64,000 nt of DNA from Ostrea edulis (taxonomy: Eukaryota): assembly GCF_947568905.1 (NCBI RefSeq), contig NC_079172.1, positions 65,410,001 through 65,474,000 of the forward strand, in the 5' to 3' direction. This document shows positions 50,317 to 62,274 of this stretch, piece by piece (the stretch's first letter is position 1; every line of letters starts with the position of its first letter). The position numbers and the translations under genes were made by a program. The notes under the pieces were generated by a model. The model had not been told where the DNA came from and made no database searches. It saw only the letters and a list, made by a program, of their open reading frames with translations.

Positions 50317-51585
50317 CACTTCCTATTGATCCCAACCCCTCCTATTGATCCCACCCCTCCTATTGATCCCACCCCTCCTATTGATCCCATCCCTCCTATT
50401 GATTCCCCTCACTCTTATTGATCCCACCCCTCCTATTGATCCCACCCCTCCTATTCATCCCACCCCTCCTATTCATCCCACCCCTCCTATTGATCCCACC
50501 CCTCCTATTCATCCCACCCTTCCTATTCATCCCACCTCTCCTATTCATCCCACCCTCCTATTGATCCCACCTCTCCTATTGATCCCACCCCTCCTATTGA
50601 TCCCACCCTTCTTATTGATCCCACATCTCCTATTGATCCCACCCCTCCTATTCATTCCACCACTTCCTATTGATTCCACTCCCTCCTATTGACCCCATCC
50701 CTCTTATTGATCCCACCTCTCCTATTGATCCCACCTTCCTATTCATTCCACCCCTCCTATTCATCCCACCCTTCCTACTGATCCCACCTCTCCTATTGAT
50801 CCCACCCCTTCCATTGATCACCTCTCCTTCTATTGTTCCCTCACTCCTATTGATCCCACCTCTCCTATTGATCCCACCCCTCCTATTGATCCCACCCCTC
50901 CTATTGATCCCATCCATCCTATTCATCCCATCCCTTCTATTGATCCTCCTTCCTTCTATTGTTCCCCTCACTCCTATTGATCCCACCTCTCCTATTGACC
51001 CCACCCCTCCTATTGATCCCACCCCTCCTATTCATCCCACCCTTCCTACTGATCCCACCTCTCCTATTCATCCCACGTGCAACATGTGGCCTTGCGTTGT
51101 CTTGCTGCAGAGTGATGTGATTTTGCTGTCTCTGTATGAAGGGTATCACATGGCGCTGAATAATTTCGTCTCAATAGCGTACGCAGGTGAGATGTCCATT
51201 GACAATTTGTAGAGGGGTCCTTCCACGTGCTGTTATTCCACCCCACACCATAACGTTACCTCCACCGAATTGTCGACGTTGCACAACATAAGTGTCCTGG
51301 TACCGCTTCCCAATGCGACGATACGCTCTACAACCTCGTCACTGCTACCCAAATGAAATCTGGATTCATCAGTGAACAAAATATTGGCCCAGTCCTGTAT
51401 TCTGAATCGCAGACGTCGCCTGCACCACGCTAGTCTAGCGATACGGTGACGTTGAAGCAGTATTGGGCGCACCGCTGAACGCCCTCCTATTGATCCAACC
51501 CTTCCTATTGATCCCACTCCTCCTATTGATCCCACCCTTCCTACTGATCCCACCTCTCCTATTGATCCCACCCCTCCTATTCATC
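50317..51585. repeat. 17-18-bp C-rich minisatellite flanking the Tc1 fragment
   Basis: Unit CCCACCCCTCCTATTGAT at 50317-51075 and 51481-51585. Confidence 0.93.
51075..51480 (-). mobile_element. Internal Tc1-like transposase fragment (frameshifted)
   Basis: Minus-strand peptides RHRIARLAWCRR..DWANILFTDESRF and IPFIQRQQNHITLQQDNARPHVAR (first two acidic motifs of DD34E). No TIRs. Confidence 0.85.
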
Positions 51586-51659
51586 TCAAACCACGTAGGA
51601 GGGTGAATCATTGTGTATGGCGATAAGAAATGACCATTATTCTTGATTACCACACAGTT

Positions 51660-51810
51660 CTTCAGTAGCAAGCAGGAGGTGGAGTGGATTCGACTGGGGT
51701 ACATGTATATGTACATGTACATGGAATCGACATGTGAATTGTTAAAAATGTCGTCGATATACATGTATCTGTATGTCGAGTTGAAGGCCACAGCAAAAAT
51801 TTTCTTCTAC
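51660..51810 (-). mobile_element. Penelope-like RT fragment, degraded
   Basis: Minus-strand AFNSTYRY[MY]IDDIFNNSHVDS..YPS resembles the PLE motif AFN.TFRYIDD.L..NN; broken by CATGTA insertions. Confidence 0.6.
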
Positions 51811-53319
51811 TCATGTACAAGTTTTTAAAGAAATAACACAAAAACAGGTCAACCGACAAAGGGGTACATATACAATGTGTACCTCTGGGCATGCAATCTC
51901 CGTGCAGAGTTGTCGTTCGTTACTCGTGATAGTGATGGGGATGTTGGAAGACACGGTCTCCAGAGACTACGTAGATATTGTCAATGAGGAACTCCGTCAT
52001 CTTTTATCATTAACAACTTCAAAGTGATTGTGCGTAGAATTAGTTTGGCTTTTAAAGAATATCTCCGAGTTACATTTTTTTAAATAGAATTAAGCAGCTG
52101 TCTATGATGTCTTTATAATTTATCGTGAGGACTTGTGGTGTAAAAAGTGTTGAAAAGTCGTATGTTTTGAAGCTGATGATTTTGGGAAAGTTTGGTGATT
52201 TCAAATTTATTAAAAGTTCTTTGGAAATTTTGAGAATTCACATTTGATATACACTACTCTTTCGTGAGGAGTAAAGATTGGGTCTTGGTAGAACATTGAC
52301 TGGATCCTGCAATGTATCTTTGTAAGAGTTTGTGTGAAGGTCTGGACTCCAGTATACAGTAACTCATATTCATCCGTCCCATTGACAAGGATATTGTGTT
52401 TACAACTGGAAGGTGATTTTCAAGAATGTCGTCATTAGAAGGGGAACTAGAGTATAAATTAAATTACCAAATGTTGAAATGTGAAATTAAAGCCGAGTTC
52501 CTTTTTATGAGCCTTACAAATAAAAACAATGTCGTTACAAGCTTTGCCAGCAGGATCCAGTAAATCTTCCTCACGTAATCTATTTAATTTTTTCATCACT
52601 TCCAGTTTTTACTGAACACAGAAAATCAGATGGTACACATTTTGTTTTTACGTGTCTAATGGGAGATCTTGATGTTCCTCTTTTTTATCTTCTGACAAAG
52701 TTTCAAGGTCCCACTCGTTACCTAATCGTCTGGCTTCGCTGGAATTCGTAAACGAGATGAAAGTTTGTCGACCAGAGTCGTCCGATTTTCGGATTTTTTA
52801 AAATGAGTGATTTTAGGTCGTCAATTTCAACTATATATACAAGACCAGTAATGATATACATATGTACACTATATAGTTGAAAGAAAAGAAACATGTTGAG
52901 GGATTTTGTATAAGATTGTCTATCCTTAGGCAGTGTAAAGTTTGCATGTAATTAAAATGTTTGGATGCAATAGCAGAAGTTTATTTGTAGGAAATACAGG
53001 GTGTAGACTTGATGAAATACAAGACAGACATCTATTCCTTTTGATGGAAATTTTCAGTTAAAAAAACCGACTATGTGATTCGGAATTATATTCTTCCGAT
53101 GGTCTGAGTAATGTCCATAAAACTACATAATTCTGTGTTCCGGTGTTGAAAAGTCCATACACGGACTTACTTTGACTTATTTAGATGCTGAACACGTTCA
53201 AAGGAAACACGTAGAGTTTCGACCAAAAATTTATGACGTGAAGTAAATATATGCCTCCGCACACGCCTTTGTGCATATTGGGGAAAATCTACAGAACGCG
53301 ATGGGGAAATTTTAAGGAT

Positions 53320-56300
53320 CCTTGCCGCAGGACATGCGAGACGCCATAATTGTAATCTTGTACAAGAAAAAGGGTGACAGAGGCGACTGTAACAACTACA
53401 GGGGCACCTCCCTTCTGAGCACCGTTGGCAAACTAACGCTCAATAGTGGATATGGTCTTCTCCACCCGCCAACTACAGGAAAATCTTCTCCCTCCACCAA
53501 CTACACGAAACGCGCAGAGAGAGCCGCAGAAAACCCTCTGTACAGTCGTCATTGACCTCACCAAAGCGTTTGACTTGGTCAGTCAGTTGGGAAGGACTCT
53601 TCAGCACCCCCCTGAAAACTGGATGCCCCCCCCCCCCCCCCCCCCCCACACACATCTATGACGATATGAAAGCGACTCTCCAGCACGAGGGTAGTATGTC
53701 GGATCCATTTGACGTCAAACAAGGCTGCATCATGGTGCCCTCCCTCTTTGGCATCTTCTTTCTCTCTGCTGTTGAAGCATGCTTTTGGAACGTCCAGCGA
53801 GGGAGTGCACCAGAACGGATGGACGATTCTTTAGTCTCGCCAGACTGAGAGCAAAGACCAAGGTGCACGAACCCCTCGTCAGGGACATGTTCTGATGACG
53901 CTGCTGTCACTTCACACACTGAACAGTAACTCCAGAGTCTCATGGACAGGTTTTCACAAGTCTGTAAAGACGTTGGGCTCACTATTAGCCAGCAAAAAAC
54001 CAATGTGATGTGCCAAAATATGGAGAGTACCCTGGTCATCATCATCGACAACTACGAACTGGACGTTGTCCACCAGTTTATGTACCTTGGTTCTGCCAAC
54101 AACGTCCATCTGTTCCTCGACGTTAAGATCAGTCAGCGCATCGGGAAGGCTGCAACAATGCTAGGTCGACTCACGTCTCGTGTGACTGTGTGGGAAAGTC
54201 CCAAACTGACAGCAGCTATCACGATGTCAGTGTACCAGACCTGCATCATCAGTACACCACTGTACGGCAGCATCAGTACACTATTGTATGGCAGCATCAG
54301 TACACTATTATATGGCATCATCAGTACACTATTGTATGGCAGTCAGTACATCACTGTACGGCATCATAAGTACGCCACTGTACGGCATCATCAGTACACT
54401 ATTGTATGGCATCATCACTACACTATTGTATGACATCATCAGTACACTATTGTATGACAGCATCAGTACACTATTGTATGACAGCATCAGTACACTATTG
54501 TATGACAGCATCAGTACACTATTGTATGGTAGCATCAGTACACTATTGTATGACAGCATCAGTACACTATTGTACGGCAACATCAGTACACTATTGTACG
54601 GCATCATCAGTACACTATTGTATGACATCATCAGTACACTATTGTATGACAGCATCAGTACACTATTGTATGACAGCATCAGTACACTATTGTATGACAG
54701 CATCAGTACACTATTGTATGGTAGCATCAGTACACTATTGTATGACAGCATCAGTACACTATTGTACGGCAACATCAGTACACTATTGTACGGCATCATC
54801 AGTACACTATTGTATGACATCATCAGTACACTATTGTATGACATCATCAGTACACTATTGTATGGCAGCATCAGTACACTACTGTACGACATCATCAGTA
54901 CACTATTGTATGACAGCATCAGTACACTATTGTATGACAGCATCAGTACACTATTGTACGACATCATCAGTACACTATTGTATGACATCATCAGTACACT
55001 ATTGTATGACAGCATCAGTACACTATTGTATGACATCATCAGTACACTATTGTATGACATCATCAGTACACTATTGTATGACATCATCAGTACACTACTG
55101 TATGGCAGCATCAGTACACTACTGTACGACATCATCAGTACACTATTGTATGACATCATCAGTACACTATTGTATGGCAGCATCAGTACACTACTGTACG
55201 ACATCATCAGTACACTATTGTATGACATCATCAGTACACTATTGTATGACAGCATCAGTACACTATTGTACGACAGCATCAGTACACTATTGTATGGTAG
55301 CATCAGTACACTATTGTACAGCAGCATCAGTACACTATTGTATGACATCATCAGTACACTATTGTATGACATCATCAGTACACTATTGTATGACATCATC
55401 AGTACACTACTGTACGGTAGCATCAGTACACCACTGTACGGCATCATCAGTACACTATTGTATGGCATCATCAGTACACTATTGTATGACATCATCAGTA
55501 CACTATTGTACGGCAGCATCAGTACACCACTGTACGACATCATCAGTACACTATTGTATGACATCATCAGTACACTACTGTACGGTAGCATCAGTACACC
55601 ACTGTACGGCATCATCAGTACACTATTGTATGGCATCATCAGTACACTATTGTATGGCAGCATCAGTACACCACTGTACGACATCATCAGTACACTATTG
55701 TATGACATCATCAGTACACTATTGTACGGCAGCATCAGTACACTATTGTATGACATCATCAGTTCACTATTGTATAGCAGCATCAGTACACCACTGTACG
55801 ACATCATCAGTACACTATTGTATGACATCATCAGTACACTACTGTACGGTAGCATCAGTACACCACTGTACGGCATCATCAGTACACTATTGTATGACAT
55901 CATCAGTACACTATTGTATGGCATCATCAGTACACTATTGTATGACATCATCAGTACACTATTGTATGACATCACCAGTACACTATTGTATGACATCACC
56001 AGTACACTATTGTATGACATCATCAGTACACCACTGTACGACAGCATCAATACACCACTGTACGACAGCATCAGTACACTATTGTATGACATCATCAGTA
56101 CACTATTGTATGGCATCATCAGTACACTATTGTATGACATCATCAGTACACTATTGTATGACATCACCAGTACACTATTGTATGACATCACCAGTACACT
56201 ATTGTATGACATCATCAGTACACTATTGTATGACATCACCAGTACACTATTGTATGACATCACCAGCACACTATTGTATGGCATCATCAGTACACTATTG

Positions 56301-56410
56301 TATGACATCATCAGTACACCACTGTACGCTGAGAATCCTGGACAACATATAGTGACACTTCTCAGAATGATTTTTATTGGGTTATGTTTACATTTCCAAT
56401 GTCTTACCGT
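53320..56410 (+). mobile_element. RTE (BovB-like) LINE relic with an internal 24-bp satellite expansion
   Basis: PQDMRDAIIVILYKKKGDRGDCNNYRGTSLLS, DLTKAFD, VKQGC, DDAA, LTISQQKTNVM, FMYLGS, RIGKAA...LYG motifs across frameshifts and stops. Confidence 0.9.
54244..56328. repeat. 24-bp satellite, about 85 copies, derived from RTE coding sequence
   Basis: Unit ATCAGTACACTATTGTATGACATC (ISTLLYD/GI/S). Confidence 0.97.
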
Positions 56411-56775
56411 CGGTATCCTTACCAGTTGAAATCCATTTCCTCGTGAATGTGAACAACGTGCGTTTGAATCTTGATGAATATATTACGACTATTCTAACAT
56501 CCTCACAATGTCAAGGTTTTGTGATTACGAAAAAAATCTTGACATTGCGATGATGCTATTTTAACGGCTGGGAATATTTCGACAGAAATGAAAGTGAAAT
56601 GTAAATATGAAATGGAAAATACATGAGGGTATGAACAGCAACGCTTCACGCCAAAGAGCTTCACGAAGTACATGTATATGCTAGCGTAAGTCGCACGCCG
56701 TGCCCTATTGTATTTTCAAACATGAAATTTATTTCTTAAAACCATAAACGTGTGCAGAATGCGCATTTCATAAGC

Positions 56776-56794
56776 TGTATGACAGTATATAAGC

Positions 56795-56859
<65 letters not shown>

Positions 56860-56946
56860 AGAAGACCGGTAACACGGTCGAAATATTTTTACAAAATGTT
56901 CAGGTTTTTTTTATATTTTACTTAGGGAAAAAAAAAATAAAAAAAT

Positions 56947-57007
<61 letters not shown>

Positions 57008-57050
57008 TATAAAGGGGGGGGGGGGGGGTACGGAGGGTCCGGACCCCCCC
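56776..57050. repeat. (GA)n, (TA)n and G-run/C-run hairpin cluster
   Basis: (GA)n 56776-56853, (TA)n about 56950-57005, then poly-G GTACGGAGGGTCCGGA poly-C. Confidence 0.85.
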
Positions 57051-57734
57051 CCCCCCCACTTTTGGGAACCAAAACGTTGAAGAGTTATTCAATTTAACGA
57101 GACTTTGAGTCAAAATGATATGAACCGTATACTGACATGTACTAGTAATTGCTTCATTCAAATTTGTCGATACCAGTATAACATTTAATTCTAGGATAAA
57201 TAAGACGACACACTGATATATATATCTACGATATTTTCGTCAGATGCAAGTATCACTTAAGAATTCTTAAGAAGTAATTGTAACATAAAAGTTTTGTTTA
57301 AAAAGAAGTGCCAGGAAATGCTCAGAATGCAGGAATGAAGTTTGAAGAAGAAAATATTTTTCTCATCTGTGTGATGATATTACTTGTTAAGCATATTTTC
57401 TACAATATAAAGAAAGGCGGACAGTTTACACTTTATTACAAAGTGTGGAACTTATTTTAATAAACTACTGAGAAATCATCTTCACAAGTCAAGGGTTATT
57501 CAGTGATTCGTTAGAGGTAACGAATCAATAACCACTGACTTGTGAAGATGCTGAGAAAGCTTAATATGAAATTTTAAACCGCATTCAAAAATGAAGATGA
57601 TAAATTTCAGTTTCTGTGAAAACTGGCACATAATAATACGGCAATGATGGTGATGTAACTGTTTAAACAATAAATAAAAAAATAACATTTCATGATGAAC
57701 TTATTCCGGAAATATGAAATTCTGAGTTTTACAA

Positions 57735-57811
57735 AATTTGTCACGTGACATATTGTTTACTTCCGGCAAGCTGCATCAGATAGCTTCCCGCCAAACAAAG
57801 AATATTTACAG
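57735..57811 (+). promoter_or_regulatory. Putative STAG promoter / non-coding first exon
   Basis: Palindrome TGTCACGTGACA (57739-57750), ETS-like ACTTCCGG (57759-57766), E2F-like TTCCCGCC (57785-57792), then donor CAG|GTAATT at 57812. Confidence 0.55.
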
Positions 57812-58499
57812 GTAATTAGTGATCCATAATTGTTGCATTTTACTTTTATTTTGGAAAATATATAGAAAATGTTTTGCTAGCGATACAGTTTATGTCAGTA
57901 AGTCTCAGTAAATGCACACTTCCATATTGATTCGACCCCCGGCCTGCAAAAATGTACATGGCATTAGGCCTAGCTTTTAAAAAAATTGAACACATTATTT
58001 CTAGTTTAAGTATATCAGATCTAATTTGTGTTAGGCACAAAGTGGATTTGTTATTGACCGACCTCCTTGTGATATAATGCATGTTGGTATACTATTATAA
58101 ATTGAATCAGAATGGTATATTATCATAAATGGTAATGTTTTTAATAATGCATTAAATTCTTATACAAGCTGTACAGAATTAGTCTATAACAAGCTCATCT
58201 CACTGAATTGCAAACATCTCCTTATAGCAGTAGATATACATTGATAAACATTCAATTACATCCGAGTTTGGATTTCAGAATGGAAAAGTTTGGGAGAAAG
58301 TATGCAGTCTGACATATGCAAATGGTTCATACTTATGTATGTAGTTATAGATCATCTGAAGTTGTTGGTTTTTGTTTTTCATTTCACATATTTTTTTATC
58401 AAGTCAGATTAGTGCTAGATGATCTAAATATTGGACATCGCCATTTGCAATGTTGTCATTAAGTACAGCATTATTTAACTCTATGTAACTGATACCAAT

Positions 58500-58850
58500 T
58501 GTAACTGTCAGGTAGAAAGGTTCGATCGTCGGTGGTTAGATAGCGCAGATGGTCTAGCATATCACTAGAGATTCAGGGGGGCCAGGTTTGAATCCCAATC
58601 TGGTCCGTTGCATTATCCCCCTTTCCTGTTACATTTGGTGCAGTAGACTAACCCCTGGAACTGACAGGTGAAAATGTCTGTCAGGGGATAAAGATCCTGG
58701 GTTGATGTCTTTAAGGTGGGAAGACATTTAAGGAGGGAGGTATGTGGTGGTTAGACGGGTTCAATGATGGTAGAGAACCTGACTAGAGATTTAGGGGGCC
58801 CAGGTTTGAATCCCGGTCTAGTTTGTTGCATTTTTTCTGTTCCTGTTACA
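58500..58850 (+). mobile_element. TRIM with tRNA-derived LTRs (Helenus-type non-autonomous LTR retrotransposon)
   Basis: TGTAAC start, TGTTACA end, 4-bp TSD CAAT (58496-58499, 58851-58854). LTR1 58500-58633, LTR2 about 58743-58850, each with A/B-box-like motifs. PBS-like TGGTGC after LTR1; PPT AAGGAGGGAGG (58730-58740). Confidence 0.8.
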
Positions 58851-59107
58851 CAATGATCAGTATTATTTTCAATTTTGAGGCTTGTATTTTGCTTTGTATG
58901 AAATGTTGTATATTTTTACTATATTATTGTTATTTCTAGATAGAAAGTAAAGGTCAAGAAAATGGTGCTCATTTGTAAAATTGTAAACAATGAGCACTTG
59001 TTTATTCTTTGAGATATAACTCCATTATTTTCAAATGAGAGAATGCAGAACCCCTTTCGTATTTCTCATTTAATACAATTAACCAAATCTCACTTGTTGT
59101 TTACAGG

Positions 59108-59190
59108 ATGCGGGGGGCAAGGAAGGCGAAAACCAAAGCCAAGATCACGGTGCAGGGGGCTTTTGTTGAAGCTACCTCAGATTTACCAAT
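59108..59190 (+). CDS. STAG1: Cohesin subunit SA (STAG1/2-like), first coding exon (MRGARKAKTKAKITVQGAFVEATSDLP)
   Basis: TTTACAG acceptor ends at 59106, ATG at 59108, AT|GTAAGG donor. Phase fits the next exon; low-complexity N-terminus, no direct homology. Confidence 0.6.
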
Positions 59191-59629
59191 GTAAGGCTGA
59201 TTACGGTTACAAGAGTAGTCAAGTTAAAGATTATCAGGCAACTGAAAAACAAAACTAAAAGGAATCTGATTCTTTTGGATGCTTTAATGAATAACACTTC
59301 CTCCATGGAATATATTAAATTTGTTTCAGCATATAAATGCATATTTACGCTTCCTCTCCCAAAACATTCAAGTTTCTAAATAAGGATCTTGCAACACACA
59401 GTAATGAACTAGCAACGATCTCGTAACGATTATTCACATTGATTTCAAATGTTTTAGTGGAGAATTAGATAGATCAAAACCAACTCTGCTAATTTCTCGT
59501 GTTGAAACTCGGAAATGAATTTCCTATTTTAGTTCTCTTGTTGTTTGTAAAACTGTAAGTAATGGCATTCTGTACAGTAATATTGTATGTGTGTAATGCA
59601 ACAGTCTTGTTTATTCCATTGATTTCCAG

Positions 59630-59735
59630 ACCCGAAAATGACTCTGACAGCGACTTTGAGGAGCCGATGTCAGTATCTAGTGGTGGTGTTGGTGGGGGAA
59701 GAGGAAGAAAAAGGGGGTCAGGCAGAGGTGGCAGT
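59630..59735 (+). CDS. STAG1: STAG coding exon 2 (PENDSDSDFEEPMSVSSGGVGGGRGRKRGSGRGGS)
   Basis: ATTTCCAG acceptor, AGT|GTAAGT donor. Acidic then basic/Gly tract typical of SA N-termini. Confidence 0.7.
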
Positions 59736-59851
59736 GTAAGTACAAAAGGGTCATAATGTAAGTACAAAAAGGTCACAATCAACAGTCTTGACATTTATTG
59801 CTTTCCTGAAGTCAAAAATTTAGTTAAACAAGGAGTGGAAAATTAAACAAC

Positions 59852-60585
59852 CAGAGTTCTTGAAAAGTGTTGGTAATGTCGGATTATCTGATAAAAGTAG
59901 TAAATGTCCGACACAAGTTACTTAATTGTCAGTCCTGATGTCCGATATAAGATCGGGATCGAAGTCCATTTTTACCGGGGGAAATGGCGGCCATGTGACT
60001 CAATTTTTCAAACCGATGCTAAATCCGGCAACAAACTGAAATGTAAACTACGAGGAGAAGAGAAACTGATTGTATCTCCGTCTGGCAATCTGGGAGACAA
60101 TGGCTTTTGTTTGCAGCGGTTTTACCTACTGCTTGGTGACACAATCTGCTCAAAGTCGAATCTGACGAAATACCAAGTACACCCGGGCAAAAATGAGAGA
60201 AAAAGTAGTTACAACGATTGCAGAGGAAGATGAGAAAGAAGTTGAGAGGAATATACAGGATAGAGAGAAAAGTGGAGGATGACAGAAGTAGAGGGTGAGA
60301 GAGAAATAGAGCAAGAAAGTGAAAGACTCGGATAGTGAAAGTGAGGAAGATTCATTCAAAGCGTAAGGAAGATGAGAAAAGGTATGAAAAGATAATTTAT
60401 GAACTTATAGCTGAGATGGAGATTGAATACAATTACACATGTAGTTGATTATAAATGAAATTTATAAAAACCTCAAAAGCATTGCATTTTTTTTCTGGAC
60501 TGACAAAATTTTGTTTGGGCTGACACTCTTTCTAACGATGTCAGACCAAATGTCTGACATTCGAAAAGAAATTTCAAGAACTCTG
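59852..60585. mobile_element. CAG-terminal DNA element with 6-bp TSD in a STAG intron
   Basis: TIR CAGAGTTCTTGAAA / TTTCAAGAACTCTG with weaker similarity to about 40 bp; TSD AACAAC (59846-59851, 60586-60591). Confidence 0.75.
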
Positions 60586-61027
60586 AACAACTAAGACCAT
60601 AGTTGTTTGGTTTTTTTTACCCCTCTGAAAAGGATTCTTCTACCTAAGGAGAAGATGGTCAAGAGTTCAGTGGTCAAACTACTCTGGACATAGGAAGGAT
60701 ATGTCTCTTCAATATCTTGTGAACCTTTTTCTGGATAGACTTCAAACTTCGTATATTGGTTCCTGCTAAGTAGGAGATAACACCTATTGATTTTGAGTGA
60801 CAAGGTCATTAATTAAACTACTCCGAGCGTAAGAAATTATTTTCTGGAAAATCATTTGCTTAATAGACATCAAACTTGGTGTATTGGTATCCCCAAGTTT
60901 TTACTATCATTATCAACATTCTAAATATAAAACTAATCCTTTTCAATATTGTTACATGTAAATTTTTATGTGTAGGCATTTATTTCATTCAACTGTACTT
61001 ACAGTGCTATGATTAAATACTTTAAAG

Positions 61028-61153
61028 GCTGTGAAGCGACCCAGACAGACCGGGAACGTGGGGAGAAGCAGAAAAAAGAGTGGCGGGGAGGAGGAGGACT
61101 CGGGGACAGGCTCAGTGTTTGACATTGTGAAGAGTGGAAAAGCATCGCTACAG
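61028..61153 (+). CDS. STAG1: STAG coding exon 3 (AVKRPRQ...GSVFDIVKSGKASLQ)
   Basis: TTTAAAG acceptor, CAG|GTGGGT donor. F..VK.GK..LQ motif preceding V.DWIESYK. Confidence 0.85.
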
Positions 61154-61570
61154 GTGGGTCTCTAAGGTCGTTGTTTGAAATTGCTTAAGGGGGAAAGGCT
61201 AGAAATAAGTCGTTGAAGTTGCTGAGTGACATCATTAATGGCAGAAATGTTTGTATTTTAGAAGGCCCCGGGGAAGAATAGTACCATGTACATGTACTAA
61301 TCGGTCTACCTTCTCTAAGTAAAGCATTATTATTATTATTGTAAATTGGTTGTTACAGATTAATTGCTGAATGACATCATTAATGGCAGAAAATTTATGC
61401 TTAAGGTGGATCACTAAGGTTCATTAAACATCGTTAAGAGCGGAAAAACGTCACATGTTTAGAGTTGTTCTTGACATTGTTGACAGTTTAAGAAGAAACA
61501 ATTTGTTAATACTTGGATTTCTTGGATAATGAATTGAAATGAATGCAGCGGTTATATCCTGGTTTTGTAG

Positions 61571-61744
61571 GTGACCGTGGATGAGTGGATAGAGTCATAC
61601 AAAAACGATCGAGACACGGCTTTAGTGGAGCTGATACAGTTCTTTATCCAGGCCTCGGGCTGTAAAGGAACCATAACTCCGTTCATGTATGCCAACCAGG
61701 AGCACGCCGAGATCATCCGTAAAATGACAGAGGAATTTGATGAG
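61571..61744 (+). CDS. STAG1: STAG coding exon 4 ([33 protein letters not shown]...[12 protein letters not shown])
   Basis: Near identity to the vertebrate STAG1/2 N-terminal domain; TTTTGTAG acceptor, GAG|GT donor. Confidence 0.95.
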
Positions 61745-62069
61745 GTTTTCATTTCACAATTATTGTAGCATTGAGTCACTCTAGTTCTTTCTAATCCATT
61801 GTGAATCTTTGTTCAACTCCACCTGTTTTTAATTTTTTTTTGCCAGCTACCTTATCTAAAATTTATTGCTTGATAGATTTTAAAAGTAAACTGTGTTGAA
61901 ATAAGATTTACAACTTATAACAGTAAACTTGTTTCAAATCTTTGTTTCTTGTGACTGAAGTAGATTTGTTACTTAGATATTTTTGTATTAGTGCTCTGAA
62001 CACTAGATATTGGTATATCTGAACTAATTATGAGGTCTAATCGATGAATATTGTATAATTTACCTTTAG

Positions 62070-62274
62070 GACAGTGGTGACTATCCTCTCATTATGTCGG
62101 GCCCAAACTGGAAGCGTTTCCGTGTCAATTTCTGCGAGTTTGTGCAGGTGCTTGTACGACAGTGTCAGTACAGCATTATCTACGACCAGTACATGATGGA
62201 CAACATCATCTCTCTACTGACCGGTCTGACGGACTCGCAGGTCCGAGCTTTCCGACACACCAGTACTCTGGCAG
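62070..62274 (+). CDS. STAG1: STAG coding exon 5 ([24 protein letters not shown]...[13 protein letters not shown])
   Basis: STAG domain signature [14 protein letters not shown]; CTTTAG acceptor, CAG|GTAGGA donor. Confidence 0.97.

Noticed and set aside
52263-52574. Inverted repeat CGTGAGGA..ACTGGATCCTGC / GCAGGATCCAGT..TCCTCACG
   Set aside because: Probably a TE remnant, but boundaries and TSD could not be defined.
54288-56429. 713-, 660- and 648-aa ORFs as protein-coding genes
   Set aside because: Products of a stop-free 24-bp repeat open in several frames and on both strands; embedded in a decayed LINE.
58541-58830. Functional tRNA genes (also 13310-13375 and 21166-21215)
   Set aside because: A/B boxes are present but cloverleaf stems are degenerate; they are parts of a TRIM or SINE.
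60040-60380. Acidic/basic tract as an additional STAG exon
   Set aside because: Stops in all frames; lies within a TIR/TSD-bounded insertion; flanking exons already join in frame.
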